Shown: positions 1 to 8,898 of the stretch, piece after piece
Position numbering within the stretch: position 1 is the first letter of the stretch
How the letters are laid out: each line of letters opens with the position of its first letter
Assembly: GCA_965231215.1 (NCBI GenBank)
Contig: OZ246423.1
Span: 928,001-992,000, forward strand
DNA length: 64,000 nt
Source: Candidatus Altimarinota bacterium
GTDB taxonomy: Bacteria > Patescibacteriota > Gracilibacteria > UBA4473
Direction: 5' to 3'
The notes under the pieces: model-generated
Told to the model about the DNA's origin: nothing
Seen by the model: the letters and a program-made list of their open reading frames with translations, nothing else
The model's database searches: none
Program-made: the position numbers and the translations under genes

Positions 1-1407
1 GAGGGATATGATCCTTTGGTAGCCAACTATCAAGAAACCGAAACCTCGGTGGAAGGATCTGAACCCACTAAGGTGAAACGGACACGCCCAGCTAAAACCA
101 AAAAAATTCTTTGGTGGGAAGAGTTTAAAGCCTCCCCTAAATTGTGGATGGCAGCAGTTGGAGGGGTTATGGTGTTATTGGCGTTAGTGATACTGATTAA
201 ATCTAAGGGGCTAGGGTTAATGCTCTTTTTTGTAGGGATGTGTTTGTTTATGTTTGGGATAAGTCAAAAATTGTTAGCGGCCAATTCGCAAACGCGCGTA
301 TTTCCAGTAATTGAATGGACGGACCCTAGCAGTAATCCCATTTGGGCCTTTAACCCTGAAAATGTGAGAGGCTTCCAAATCCTTCCCATAAAAGGACGAG
401 TGTATAATTTTTTAAGTGGCAATAGCCTCTTTAAACAAAACCGTATAGATTCAATGCGATTTAATCTCTATAGTCCCAGTGGTAAATCTTATCAGTTCCC
501 CATAAACTCTAAGGTATTAGTGCCAGAATCAGAAATATCGATTGATCAATCTAACGGAGCATATTCGTTTTTATTAGATTTAGGGAAACTTAATAATCTA
601 TTTCCTATTGCCCAAGAGTCTCAATTGCTATGGGAAGATGGTGAATGGCAGATACAGTTACTTTTTCACTACAAAGACAAAGTGGAAAATATTGACTTCT
701 GGTTTGCGACAGATCAGCGTAAATTTGGAAGCTTTATAGTAGATACAAAAGCTCCAGAATTAGAAGTGGCCTTTTTTAGCGCCAGTAACAAACCTTTGCA
801 AAAAGGAAGATTCACCAATAAACCCGTTAGAGCTAAAATTAAATGTACTGATGAATTTGCTGGCTGTGCCGAAGATGAATTGGAGCTACTTATTAAAGGA
901 AATTTCTGCTCAGATGAATCTAAATGTAATACCGAGGCCTCAAGATATATCCAGGTTTGTGATACGGTTGAAAATTGTACCCAAAAAGAAATTATCGTAG
1001 ATTTTTATGATCCAGTCCCCCCCAAACTCTTTGACTTTAACTTTGATAATAAGCTCTCGATACCTGTAAAAAGTATTTTTGATATTTATGTGCGATACGT
1101 AGATCCGGCTACAGTAGAGGATGAACAAGAGTTGGAGCAATGGTTTGAAGATTCACTGTGTACCGACAATCGATTTTTTGTAGAAGATCAAGCTACTGGA
1201 TTCTGTAAAGAAAAAAACCAGACCTGTATTACAAAAGACACCTCTACTCTCTTCAGAGGGAAGGTTGATTCACAGGCAAATTGTAGTGTGGAATGTCCCG
1301 CGGGATATGAATTTAGAGAGGGACTTTGTCTTAGAGAGTGTGGATATAATCAGTTTAAAGACGGGCAAGTGTGTTTTCCCTGGAATTTAGCCCCTCCTGC
1401 GTCATGA
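1..1407 (+). CDS. Membrane-anchored Cys-rich extracellular protein, probably 5'-truncated by the window edge
   Basis: Frame is open from base 1. Two TM segments near the start, then Ig-like DTKAP/DPVPP motifs and a Cys-rich C-terminus. Stop overlaps the next ATG (ATGA). Confidence 0.75.
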   Translation, partial: EGYDPLVANYQETETSVEGSEPTKVKRTRPAKTKKILWWEEFKASPKLWMAAVGGVMVLLALVILIKSKGLGLMLFFVGMCLFMFGISQKLLAANSQTRVFPVIEWTDPSSNPIWAFNPENVRGFQILPIKGRVYNFLSGNSLFKQNRIDSMRFNLYSPSGKSYQFPINSKVLVPESEISIDQSNGAYSFLLDLGKLNNLFPIAQESQLLWEDGEWQIQLLFHYKDKVENIDFWFATDQRKFGSFIVDTKAPELEVAFFSASNKPLQKGRFTNKPVRAKIKCTDEFAGCAEDELELLIKGNFCSDESKCNTEASRYIQVCDTVENCTQKEIIVDFYDPVPPKLFDFNFDNKLSIPVKSIFDIYVRYVDPATVEDEQELEQWFEDSLCTDNRFFVEDQATGFCKEKNQTCITKDTSTLFRGKVDSQANCSVECPAGYEFREGLCLRECGYNQFKDGQVCFPWNLAPPAS

Positions 1408-3620
1408 AAATATTTTTAATGCTAGCGTTGATGTTTTTCCCCTGGGCAACCTGGGCGAAACTTTCGGTGCCAAATTCGGGGATTGATTGGAAAAGGTCTA
1501 CCCTGACTATTGAAAATTTTGAGACTGAACATGAAAGCCACTTTGATCTCTTTAAATGTTTTCGCCAAGACGCTAAAAAACTACCGATAAAACTCACCTT
1601 TGAGAACCTAGGGTTCTCTGGAACCGATAGTGGACCTATCACCATAGTACAGGAATTTGAGACCAATCAGTGTTTTCAAACCGCTGGAAAATATGATCTT
1701 AAAATCCGTCTTTTTGATCTGGCGGGGAATGTGACAGAAACCTTGGTAAGTTTAGTGGTTTTACCTGGGCAGTTAAACCTGGATAAAAGTGAAATAGTTC
1801 CCTTGAGCACGAATCGTTATATTAAGCCTGGCTCCTTTGTAGAAAATATTTCTGATGACTGTAATAAAGCGCTTTTGGTAGCAAATAATCAGGACACTTG
1901 CCGTTTAAAGTTATTGGTAAAAGATGACTTTGGAAACATCATTAATGGGGATACAGTTACCAAAGATATTGGAGTAAATATAAAAAATAATAAGTGGAAC
2001 AATACCGTTATTGAAGTAGCGAGAAATCCAGAACAAGCCTTTTTGGCTGGGTTAAGGTTTGAGAACGATCAGACTGAGACTTTGCTTAAACTAAATGAAG
2101 CAGGGGATCTAAATTTTGACATCAAAGCGGCCATTCCTTCTCTCAATGTACACCCCAAAAAATTGGGAGAAATCCGGTACGGTCAAGCGGACACTTTTAG
2201 TTTGCCAGCGGTATTTGAGTTCTTTTCTCAGGACAAAATTGATGAAGATACATCTGAAAAAGAGCCGCCGCTGAAGAGTAAAGGGGTTGAAAAAAAAGTT
2301 CAGCTCACCTTCGAACCCTGGGTGAAAACTATGGTAGATATGGATAAAGAGACTCCACAACTACAGTATATACCTTTCAGGACTTGGACTTCTTTCCCTG
2401 TTCGGTTTACTACTTTTACCTCAAGTGTGTTACCAGCGCTATTTAATGTGAAATTTAAATCGATTATAAAAGAACCACTTAGTATTCAGTTCTTTAAAGA
2501 GGTAGCAGATGAAGAGCGACCAGAAGTGGAAGAAAAAGTGCTGAGCGTCCAAAACAATGAAAGTAATAACTACTCGACAGAGCTCAATATGAGGGTACAG
2601 GGGCCAGAACATTTATCGGTTAACAAACCTTTTGTATTACTCCCTTCAGTAATATATCCACTGCTTCATGAAGGCGAAAAGAAATTAGTAGAATATCCTA
2701 CCAACATTGTCTGGGGAGAATCAGGTAAAGATATGACCTTTACTATCTTGGGTATCAGAGCTGATATCGAAGGAAAAACTTCAAGTGCCAAAGATACCAG
2801 TGGGATCTTACTTTCTAGTAGTGGAGTTTATAGAGATGCACGTGAAGAAATTACTCGTAATGCGTTTACCATGGTTCGTGGGCGAACTCCAAAAGCGGTA
2901 ACGGAATTTAATGTAAACAAAGATTTTGAGGAAGACTATGATGTGATCTTTATTAAGGATCAAACAGTAAAACTTACGGGCGATGGAGAAGATGATTCTC
3001 CGATTGTATTTGATCAAGGCACTAAAACTATATTGATAGAAGATGGAAATTTATTGATCGATAGAGACATGGTTTATGGAGGGAATGAGGACTCACTTGG
3101 CATTATTATGGTCAATAAAAATACAAATAATCGAGTCGATGGAAATGTATTTGTAAATGCTAGAGTTCAAGAATTTGTAGGAACCTACTTTTTAGATGGA
3201 AGTTTGATGAGTACCGAAAAATTTCAAACCCCGAGTGTTTCTGACGATATAGAAAACAGAACCATTAGTAATAATGAAAATCCTAATGCGCCTTTAGGAT
3301 TGCAACTAGTTTTAAACGGAACCATCATTTCCCAAAACACTATTGGTGGAGCAGATCAAAGTCCCTCTATGGGCCCATGGGGGAAACCTTTAGATCGTGT
3401 TTTGGCTCTGCGGTATGATCTAAATTATATAAGGCGTTATGAACCAACACGAGATTTAAACAACGGAAGAATTGTGGATGACAGCTTTAATAGCTATTGC
3501 CGAAAAGTCGATGATAAATGTGATCCAAATCCATATGCGTTTGTTATACGTCCAGACGGGCGGATAAACGTGCTTCCGCCACCAGGGTTTTTAAGCGTTC
3601 CAGGTCTCAGCCTGAATTAG
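1404..3620 (+). CDS. Large secreted Ig-like protein with CPR-type C-terminal domain (NTIGG...YDLNYIRRY...PPPGF)
   Basis: ATG at 1404 gives signal peptide MKIFLMLALMFFPWATWA. DLAGN and DDFGN Ig-like motifs. The C-terminus resembles large secreted proteins of Gracilibacteria/Peregrinibacteria. Confidence 0.7.
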   Translation: MKIFLMLALMFFPWATWAKLSVPNSGIDWKRSTLTIENFETEHESHFDLFKCFRQDAKKLPIKLTFENLGFSGTDSGPITIVQEFETNQCFQTAGKYDLKIRLFDLAGNVTETLVSLVVLPGQLNLDKSEIVPLSTNRYIKPGSFVENISDDCNKALLVANNQDTCRLKLLVKDDFGNIINGDTVTKDIGVNIKNNKWNNTVIEVARNPEQAFLAGLRFENDQTETLLKLNEAGDLNFDIKAAIPSLNVHPKKLGEIRYGQADTFSLPAVFEFFSQDKIDEDTSEKEPPLKSKGVEKKVQLTFEPWVKTMVDMDKETPQLQYIPFRTWTSFPVRFTTFTSSVLPALFNVKFKSIIKEPLSIQFFKEVADEERPEVEEKVLSVQNNESNNYSTELNMRVQGPEHLSVNKPFVLLPSVIYPLLHEGEKKLVEYPTNIVWGESGKDMTFTILGIRADIEGKTSSAKDTSGILLSSSGVYRDAREEITRNAFTMVRGRTPKAVTEFNVNKDFEEDYDVIFIKDQTVKLTGDGEDDSPIVFDQGTKTILIEDGNLLIDRDMVYGGNEDSLGIIMVNKNTNNRVDGNVFVNARVQEFVGTYFLDGSLMSTEKFQTPSVSDDIENRTISNNENPNAPLGLQLVLNGTIISQNTIGGADQSPSMGPWGKPLDRVLALRYDLNYIRRYEPTRDLNNGRIVDDSFNSYCRKVDDKCDPNPYAFVIRPDGRINVLPPPGFLSVPGLSLN

Positions 3621-3664
3621 GCTTTGCAGATGTTATAAGGGCTCAGTATACTAAAAATTGTTAT

Positions 3665-4663
3665 ATGGAACTCAGTTTCTGGCATTGGGGAATTTTGGGA
3701 GGCATATTGTCTTGGTTTTTAACCTGGTGGAGTGTGAAGTTTTTTCCGCTTTTGGGCCTTTTGGACTTCCCTGAACGCTATGGCCTTAAAAGAGCTCGAA
3801 AGCCTTACCCCGGAGGTATAATGATTGTTTTTTTGAGTTTAGGTTTAATCTCTATTGACCTTCATTTTTGGCCTTTAATTTTGCCATTGATGATATTGGG
3901 AGGAATTTCTTTTATTGACGATAGGCAAGGGGTTTCTCCTTGGGTTCGGTTAGCGGTGCATTTGTGGTTGGCGACCTTTTTGTGGATGGTCGGAGTCAAG
4001 ATTTACTATGTGACGAATCCTTTTGCGGCTACCAACTTTGAAATTACACAAATATTCCCACATGTGGCCTTCTTTCTGACCATCTTTTGGATTGTAATGA
4101 TCCAAAATGCTATCAATTGGATGGACGGACTTCCCGGTTTGAGCGTCGGGGTTTCAGGTATAGGTTTTTTGACGCTTGGAGGCTTAGGGCTCTTTAAACC
4201 AGAACTGGCCTTTGATCCAGCGCACCAAACGCTCACTTTTGCCAATCTTTATTTAGCGGGTATTTGTGTAGGTGCTTTTTGGTTTTACTGGAAGGGAAAA
4301 ATTATCCTAGGCGATACGGGCTCCCAAATTTTAGGATTTTTGTTGGCGGTTATGGCTATTTTTTCTGGAGCCAAAATTGCGACAACACTGATGGTGCTTT
4401 GCATCCCTATTCTAGACTTTTTCTGGGTAATCTTTAGACGCTTAATTTTAGAAAAACGTTCTCCATTAAAGGGAGATACCAAACACCTGCATCATAATCT
4501 AGCCAAACATTTTAGTGCTGAAAACACGAGCCTCTTTTTAGTAGGAACCTCCGCACTGTTTGGAGCCATCGCTATTTTCCTTTCGGGAGCAGAAAAAATG
4601 TGGGCGTTTGGAGTCACCGCTTTATTGGTCTTGAGCCTAAATCTCTACTTATTTAAGAAGTAG
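3665..4663 (+). CDS. MraY/WecA-family (GT4) undecaprenyl-phosphate sugar-phosphate transferase
   Basis: Polytopic membrane protein with motifs PYPGG, FIDD, NAINWMDGLPGL, LGDTGS, HLHH. Confidence 0.9.
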   Translation: MELSFWHWGILGGILSWFLTWWSVKFFPLLGLLDFPERYGLKRARKPYPGGIMIVFLSLGLISIDLHFWPLILPLMILGGISFIDDRQGVSPWVRLAVHLWLATFLWMVGVKIYYVTNPFAATNFEITQIFPHVAFFLTIFWIVMIQNAINWMDGLPGLSVGVSGIGFLTLGGLGLFKPELAFDPAHQTLTFANLYLAGICVGAFWFYWKGKIILGDTGSQILGFLLAVMAIFSGAKIATTLMVLCIPILDFFWVIFRRLILEKRSPLKGDTKHLHHNLAKHFSAENTSLFLVGTSALFGAIAIFLSGAEKMWAFGVTALLVLSLNLYLFKK

Positions 4664-4665
4664 TT

Positions 4666-5559
4666 TTAGCTAGCAGAAGCGTCGTAAATACTCTGAATGG
4701 AGTTGTTGAGTGTGTCTGAGAATTCAGCATCACTTTGTTGGGCCGACAACCCTTCACTCAGGGCTCGAGAGAAACTGGCTACCATGCCGTTGTTTTCACT
4801 AAGGCGTCGATTCGCTTCGTCTCGAGAGTATCCGCCAGAGAGAGCGACTACCTTCACCACATTTGGATGTGCTTGGCAGTCAGCGTAGTGATTTGGTTTT
4901 TCTGGAAGCGTAAGTTTAAACATTACCAATTGGTCTTCATCAAGCCGACTAAGTTCGTCGAGCAAGGCCTCTCGAAGTAGTACTTCACAATCAGCTTTAT
5001 CAGGGGCATGAATGTCTACTTCAGGTTCAATAATAGGAACCAATCCATGAGCAATAATCTGTGCCCCCACCTCAAACTGTTGCGCCACAATGGCGGCAAT
5101 TCCGTCTGGGTCAGCTGACTTAATCACAGAACGCATTTTAGTGCCGAAGATTCCGGCGGCTTTGGCTCGTGTCAGCAGAGCGTCTAGCTCTGGCATAGGT
5201 TTCATCATTTGTACTCCATGGGCTTGTTCAGCGAGTCCTTTATCTACTTTGAGGAATGGAACCACATTCTTTTGTTCCCAAAGGTAAGTGGCAGTAGGGA
5301 TTCCTTCAACCTTCCTATCCATGGTCATTTCAAAGAGAATCGCTCCGAAAATTCGATCCCCCTCAAAGCTTTGGTCAGTCATGATCCTGGTTCTCATTTG
5401 ATGAATCCTATCAAACATTTCATCTTCTCCCGAATATTGATCGGCATCAACGCCATAGAGCTTTAAAGCCTTCGGCGTACTACCACCACTTTGGTCTAAA
5501 GCGGCAATAAAACCATGAGAATTACGAATTTTTTGGAGTTGATCGTCAAAGGTAGACAT
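4666..5559 (-). CDS. fda: Class I fructose-bisphosphate aldolase (bacterial/staphylococcal type)
   Basis: [60 protein letters not shown]. Confidence 0.95.
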   Translation of the reverse strand: MSTFDDQLQKIRNSHGFIAALDQSGGSTPKALKLYGVDADQYSGEDEMFDRIHQMRTRIMTDQSFEGDRIFGAILFEMTMDRKVEGIPTATYLWEQKNVVPFLKVDKGLAEQAHGVQMMKPMPELDALLTRAKAAGIFGTKMRSVIKSADPDGIAAIVAQQFEVGAQIIAHGLVPIIEPEVDIHAPDKADCEVLLREALLDELSRLDEDQLVMFKLTLPEKPNHYADCQAHPNVVKVVALSGGYSRDEANRRLSENNGMVASFSRALSEGLSAQQSDAEFSDTLNNSIQSIYDASAS

Positions 5560-5657
5560 GTTTGTGGAGGATAAATTTCGTTTAAATTTTGTTCAATTTA
5601 GATGAAAAAGTCGAGCAATTTTTATAAAATTTGTTACACTTGCTTTTGAAATTAAAA

Positions 5658-5990
5658 ATGCCCGATTGTCAAAAATGCGATTGTAGTGGAAATTCTCCAC
5701 TTTTTAAAGCCTTAGACACCATTGCAAAACGGTGGTCTTTGTTGATTCTGATGACCATTCATAACGGAGAAGAAAACTACAATGCGATACAAAGAGCTAT
5801 CCCAGAGATAAATACTCGCATTCTCTCCCAAAGGCTTAAAGAACTAGAGACTGAAGGGTATATAGAAAAATTTACTGATAAAAAAAATATCCGAAAAACC
5901 AGCTATAAACTCAGCCAAAAAAGCTTAGATCTCAAGCCTATAATGATGGATATGTCCAAGTGGGCTGGCAAATGGGATTCCAAGGCCTAG
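5658..5990 (+). CDS. HxlR-family winged-helix transcriptional regulator
   Basis: ALDTIAKRWSLLIL...IPEINTRILSQRLKELETEGYI...YKLS pattern. ATG at 5658 preferred to the upstream TTG. Confidence 0.85.
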   Translation: MPDCQKCDCSGNSPLFKALDTIAKRWSLLILMTIHNGEENYNAIQRAIPEINTRILSQRLKELETEGYIEKFTDKKNIRKTSYKLSQKSLDLKPIMMDMSKWAGKWDSKA

Positions 5991-6093
5991 AAAACACTGT
6001 ATTTTTTGTTGCTTTAAACTACTCGCTTTTTAAAACTTAGAGTGAGAACACATTGATTCCAGAAATTTTTCATTTATATTTGTGTTTCGAAGT

Positions 6094-7341
6094 ATGCAGT
6101 TTGAAAAATTTAAGAACGCTCAAAATATTTGTATCTATGGATATGGAGTTGAGGGAAAATCCTCAGAACATTTTTTATCACAACATTTTCCACATCTAAA
6201 TATTCAGATATTTGAGGATAGTGATGGCCAAACTTTAGATTGGGAGGCTTTTGATATAGTCATTAAGAGCCCTGGGATTCCGCCCAGTCATGTGCCTCCT
6301 GAGCACGTAAATAAAGTCACTTCTAATATTCGTATTTTTCTCGCTAACCTGCCGGAAGAAAGGCGGATGAAAGTCATTGGGATCACAGGATCAAAGGGGA
6401 AATCAACCACGACCAAATTCTGTCATGAATTGCTTAATCAATGTGGGAGAAAAGCCGTTATTGGAGGGAACTTTGGGACGCCATTTTTGGATATATTTAA
6501 TGATTTTATAAAAGGGGAGTACGAATTTGTGGTAGCAGAGTGTTCAAGCTTTCAGCTCTATGACTTGGATATTTCACCTGGGATAGCCATTTTTCTTTCT
6601 TTCTTCCCAGACCATCTAGACTGGCATGGAACTCAAAAAAAATACTTAGAAGCCAAAAAAAATCTCTGGGCTCACCAAAAATTAGGGAATGTGTTTCTCA
6701 TTACTCCAGCAGTGCAAGATATAACTCAAGGAGGACATGTATGTGAAAAGCCCGCTACTAGATTATTCCCTGAAAAGGCTATTTTGCAGGCGGATCACTT
6801 TCGGCAAAATTTAGGAACGATCTGGACTTTAGGAGAAATTTTGGAACTCCCCAATTTAGAACGAAACTGGCAAAAAGTAGCCGAAAATTTTGAAATGATT
6901 GAACACCGTTTAGAACGTTTTGCTCAAAAAAAAGGGATTACATTTTATAATGACTCGATTGCTACAAGTCCAGAGGCAGTAGAGGTAGCGATTAAATTTT
7001 TTGGGTCCCAGTTGGGCACCCTTATTTTGTGTGGTCAAGATACCGGAATTGGAGGGTTTGGAGGCGTTGTAGAAAATCTAAAGCGATACGCCCCTCAAGC
7101 CAAAGTTTTACTTATAGACTCAGGGGTCTCTGAAAAATTTATAAACGTGGCTCAGGATCAAAATTTTGAGGCTTTCCAGGTCTGTGAAGATATACAGACG
7201 GTGGTTTCTCAAAGTTTCGAAATTACACCTCAAAATTCAGTCTGTTTATTCAGTCCAGGAGGCAAAAGTTTTGATCAGTTTGAAAATTACAGAATACGCG
7301 GTCGAGTTTTTAAAGAATCTGTGAATAATTATGGAATATGA
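6094..7341 (+). CDS. murD: UDP-N-acetylmuramoyl-L-alanine--D-glutamate ligase
   Basis: SPGIP, GITGSKGKSTT, GGNFG, ECSSFQL, DHLDWH, HRLE, NDSIAT, SPGGKSFDQF. Confidence 0.92.
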   Translation: MQFEKFKNAQNICIYGYGVEGKSSEHFLSQHFPHLNIQIFEDSDGQTLDWEAFDIVIKSPGIPPSHVPPEHVNKVTSNIRIFLANLPEERRMKVIGITGSKGKSTTTKFCHELLNQCGRKAVIGGNFGTPFLDIFNDFIKGEYEFVVAECSSFQLYDLDISPGIAIFLSFFPDHLDWHGTQKKYLEAKKNLWAHQKLGNVFLITPAVQDITQGGHVCEKPATRLFPEKAILQADHFRQNLGTIWTLGEILELPNLERNWQKVAENFEMIEHRLERFAQKKGITFYNDSIATSPEAVEVAIKFFGSQLGTLILCGQDTGIGGFGGVVENLKRYAPQAKVLLIDSGVSEKFINVAQDQNFEAFQVCEDIQTVVSQSFEITPQNSVCLFSPGGKSFDQFENYRIRGRVFKESVNNYGI

Positions 7342-7619
7342 AACTAGTAAAGAAAATTCAGTCTAAACTTTTAGATCACTACAAACAGGTATTGGTTTTT
7401 GATGAAAGAGGGGATGGGCACTTTGTCCAAATAATCTGTGTTGATGTTGGATTTGAAGGGAAATCTTTACTGGTAAAATCACGAGAGATTTTTACTCATT
7501 TAGGGAATGAAAAGTCAAAAGTTCACGCCCTTTCGGTAAAAGGATTTACCCCGGCAGAGTGGGAGGTAAAGTCCAAAGATTTCGAACTTATTAAATATCA
7601 GCACTACCCAAAATCATAA
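7338..7619 (+). CDS. bolA: BolA/IbaG-family protein
   Basis: GDGHF...FEGKSLL...VHALSVKGFTPAEW. Translationally coupled to murD and grxD. Confidence 0.8.
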   Translation: MKLVKKIQSKLLDHYKQVLVFDERGDGHFVQIICVDVGFEGKSLLVKSREIFTHLGNEKSKVHALSVKGFTPAEWEVKSKDFELIKYQHYPKS

Positions 7620-7933
7620 TGAACCAACTCTATCCGCATTCAGAAATTCAAACACTCATAGAGTCACACAAAGTAATTATCTTTGGGAAAGGCGATAAAA
7701 CCCAGCCTATGTGTGGTTTCACCGCCCGGGTGCAGGAAGTGTTTGAAACCCTCCCATACGATTATCACATGGTGAATGTATTAGAGGAACCAGCACTGCG
7801 ACAAGAACTCAAAACTTTTTCAGACTGGCCCACCTTTCCTCAAGTCTATATCCACCAAGAATTTGTGGGGGGATGTGATATTATTTTAGAAATGCATGCA
7901 GAAAAACAACTCCAAGAGTTATTAAAAGCTTGA
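7619..7933 (+). CDS. grxD: Monothiol glutaredoxin (Grx4/GrxD family, CGFT variant)
   Basis: KG...PMCGFT, WPTFPQVY, FVGGCDI. Confidence 0.9.
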   Translation: MNQLYPHSEIQTLIESHKVIIFGKGDKTQPMCGFTARVQEVFETLPYDYHMVNVLEEPALRQELKTFSDWPTFPQVYIHQEFVGGCDIILEMHAEKQLQELLKA

Positions 7934-7946
7934 ATTTTTTTAAGCA

Positions 7947-8126
7947 CTAGAAGTCGTCGTCTTCTGAGAACAATTTAATCCGAATAGGGTCTTGTTGGGT
8001 GACCAAAATTTCAGCTCCACAAAGAGGACACTCCAATACTTCATCTTCATGAATATCAGAGGTTTCTACCTCAAATCGTCCGCGACAATCGGGGCAATAA
8101 AGTGAAACGAGGGTTTCAAAGTCCAT
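7947..8126 (-). CDS. LysW-like Zn-ribbon microprotein (59 aa, not in the ORF track)
   Basis: Own translation: MDFETLVSLYCPDCRGRFEVETSDIHEDEVLECPLCGAEILVTQQDPIRIKLFSEDDDF*. Two CxxC pairs and an acidic tail. Confidence 0.8.
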   Translation of the reverse strand: MDFETLVSLYCPDCRGRFEVETSDIHEDEVLECPLCGAEILVTQQDPIRIKLFSEDDDF

Positions 8127-8239
8127 ATGTGTGGGAAAAAGACTTGTCTGGATTTTTTTACCGTTTTTTGGGGCAATTGCAAATTTTTGGCAGCAATGAG
8201 CCGGAATGTGGTTGAGGGTTTTTTAGGATATGGTTTTGA

Positions 8240-8812
8240 TTACTTTTCTATATTTTTATTTTTTGTAATCACCATAATTCCATCATCCAAGTCTAGAGGA
8301 TGTATTTCGTAGTGCCACTCGGTTTGCGATTCTAAAAAATTCCAAAAAGCCTCCATCTTGTACCGAAATTTTAGCACATCATCTACCACAATTATTCCAC
8401 CAGAATTAAGTTTGGGGGTACAAATCTCAAAAAATTCTAAGGTGCTTTTTTTAATGCCATCAATAAAGATGAAATCAAACATCTGATCCATATTTTGAAT
8501 AATTTCTTGAGCTCTTCCAAAGTGCATAGTGACATTTGTAAGTCCTGTGGTAGCAATATTTTCTTGAGCTATTTTAAAGCTAGGGGTGGAGTGATCTATG
8601 GTATGGATATGGCCTTTGGTAGTTTCTAAAGCATCAGCAATCCAGATAGTGGAATAGGCATGAGCACATCCAATCTCTAAAACCGATTGGCATTTTTTTT
8701 CCAGAATAAGCGTATGCAAAAATTTAGCTACTTCAATAGAGATGCTCGGTACATCTCCAGCGAGATCTTTAACTTTTAGTTTTTCTAAAAACGTGGTGCG
8801 TTTTTCCTCCAT
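8240..8812 (-). CDS. Class I SAM-dependent O-methyltransferase (CCoAOMT/YrrM-like)
   Basis: VLEIGCAHAYSTIW, FDFIFIDG, GGIIVVDDVL. Confidence 0.85.
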   Translation of the reverse strand: MEEKRTTFLEKLKVKDLAGDVPSISIEVAKFLHTLILEKKCQSVLEIGCAHAYSTIWIADALETTKGHIHTIDHSTPSFKIAQENIATTGLTNVTMHFGRAQEIIQNMDQMFDFIFIDGIKKSTLEFFEICTPKLNSGGIIVVDDVLKFRYKMEAFWNFLESQTEWHYEIHPLDLDDGIMVITKNKNIEK

Positions 8813-8898
8813 ATGCAGAAGTATTGTACCCTCTATCCAAAATTTGTAATAGTCTAGGATTTATTTCTAATTTATTACTAAGCACTCATAAAACTTAA

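Noticed and set aside
4666-5559. fda as a mobile insertion
   Set aside because: It is oriented against its neighbours and may be horizontally acquired, but no flanking repeats or mobility genes are visible
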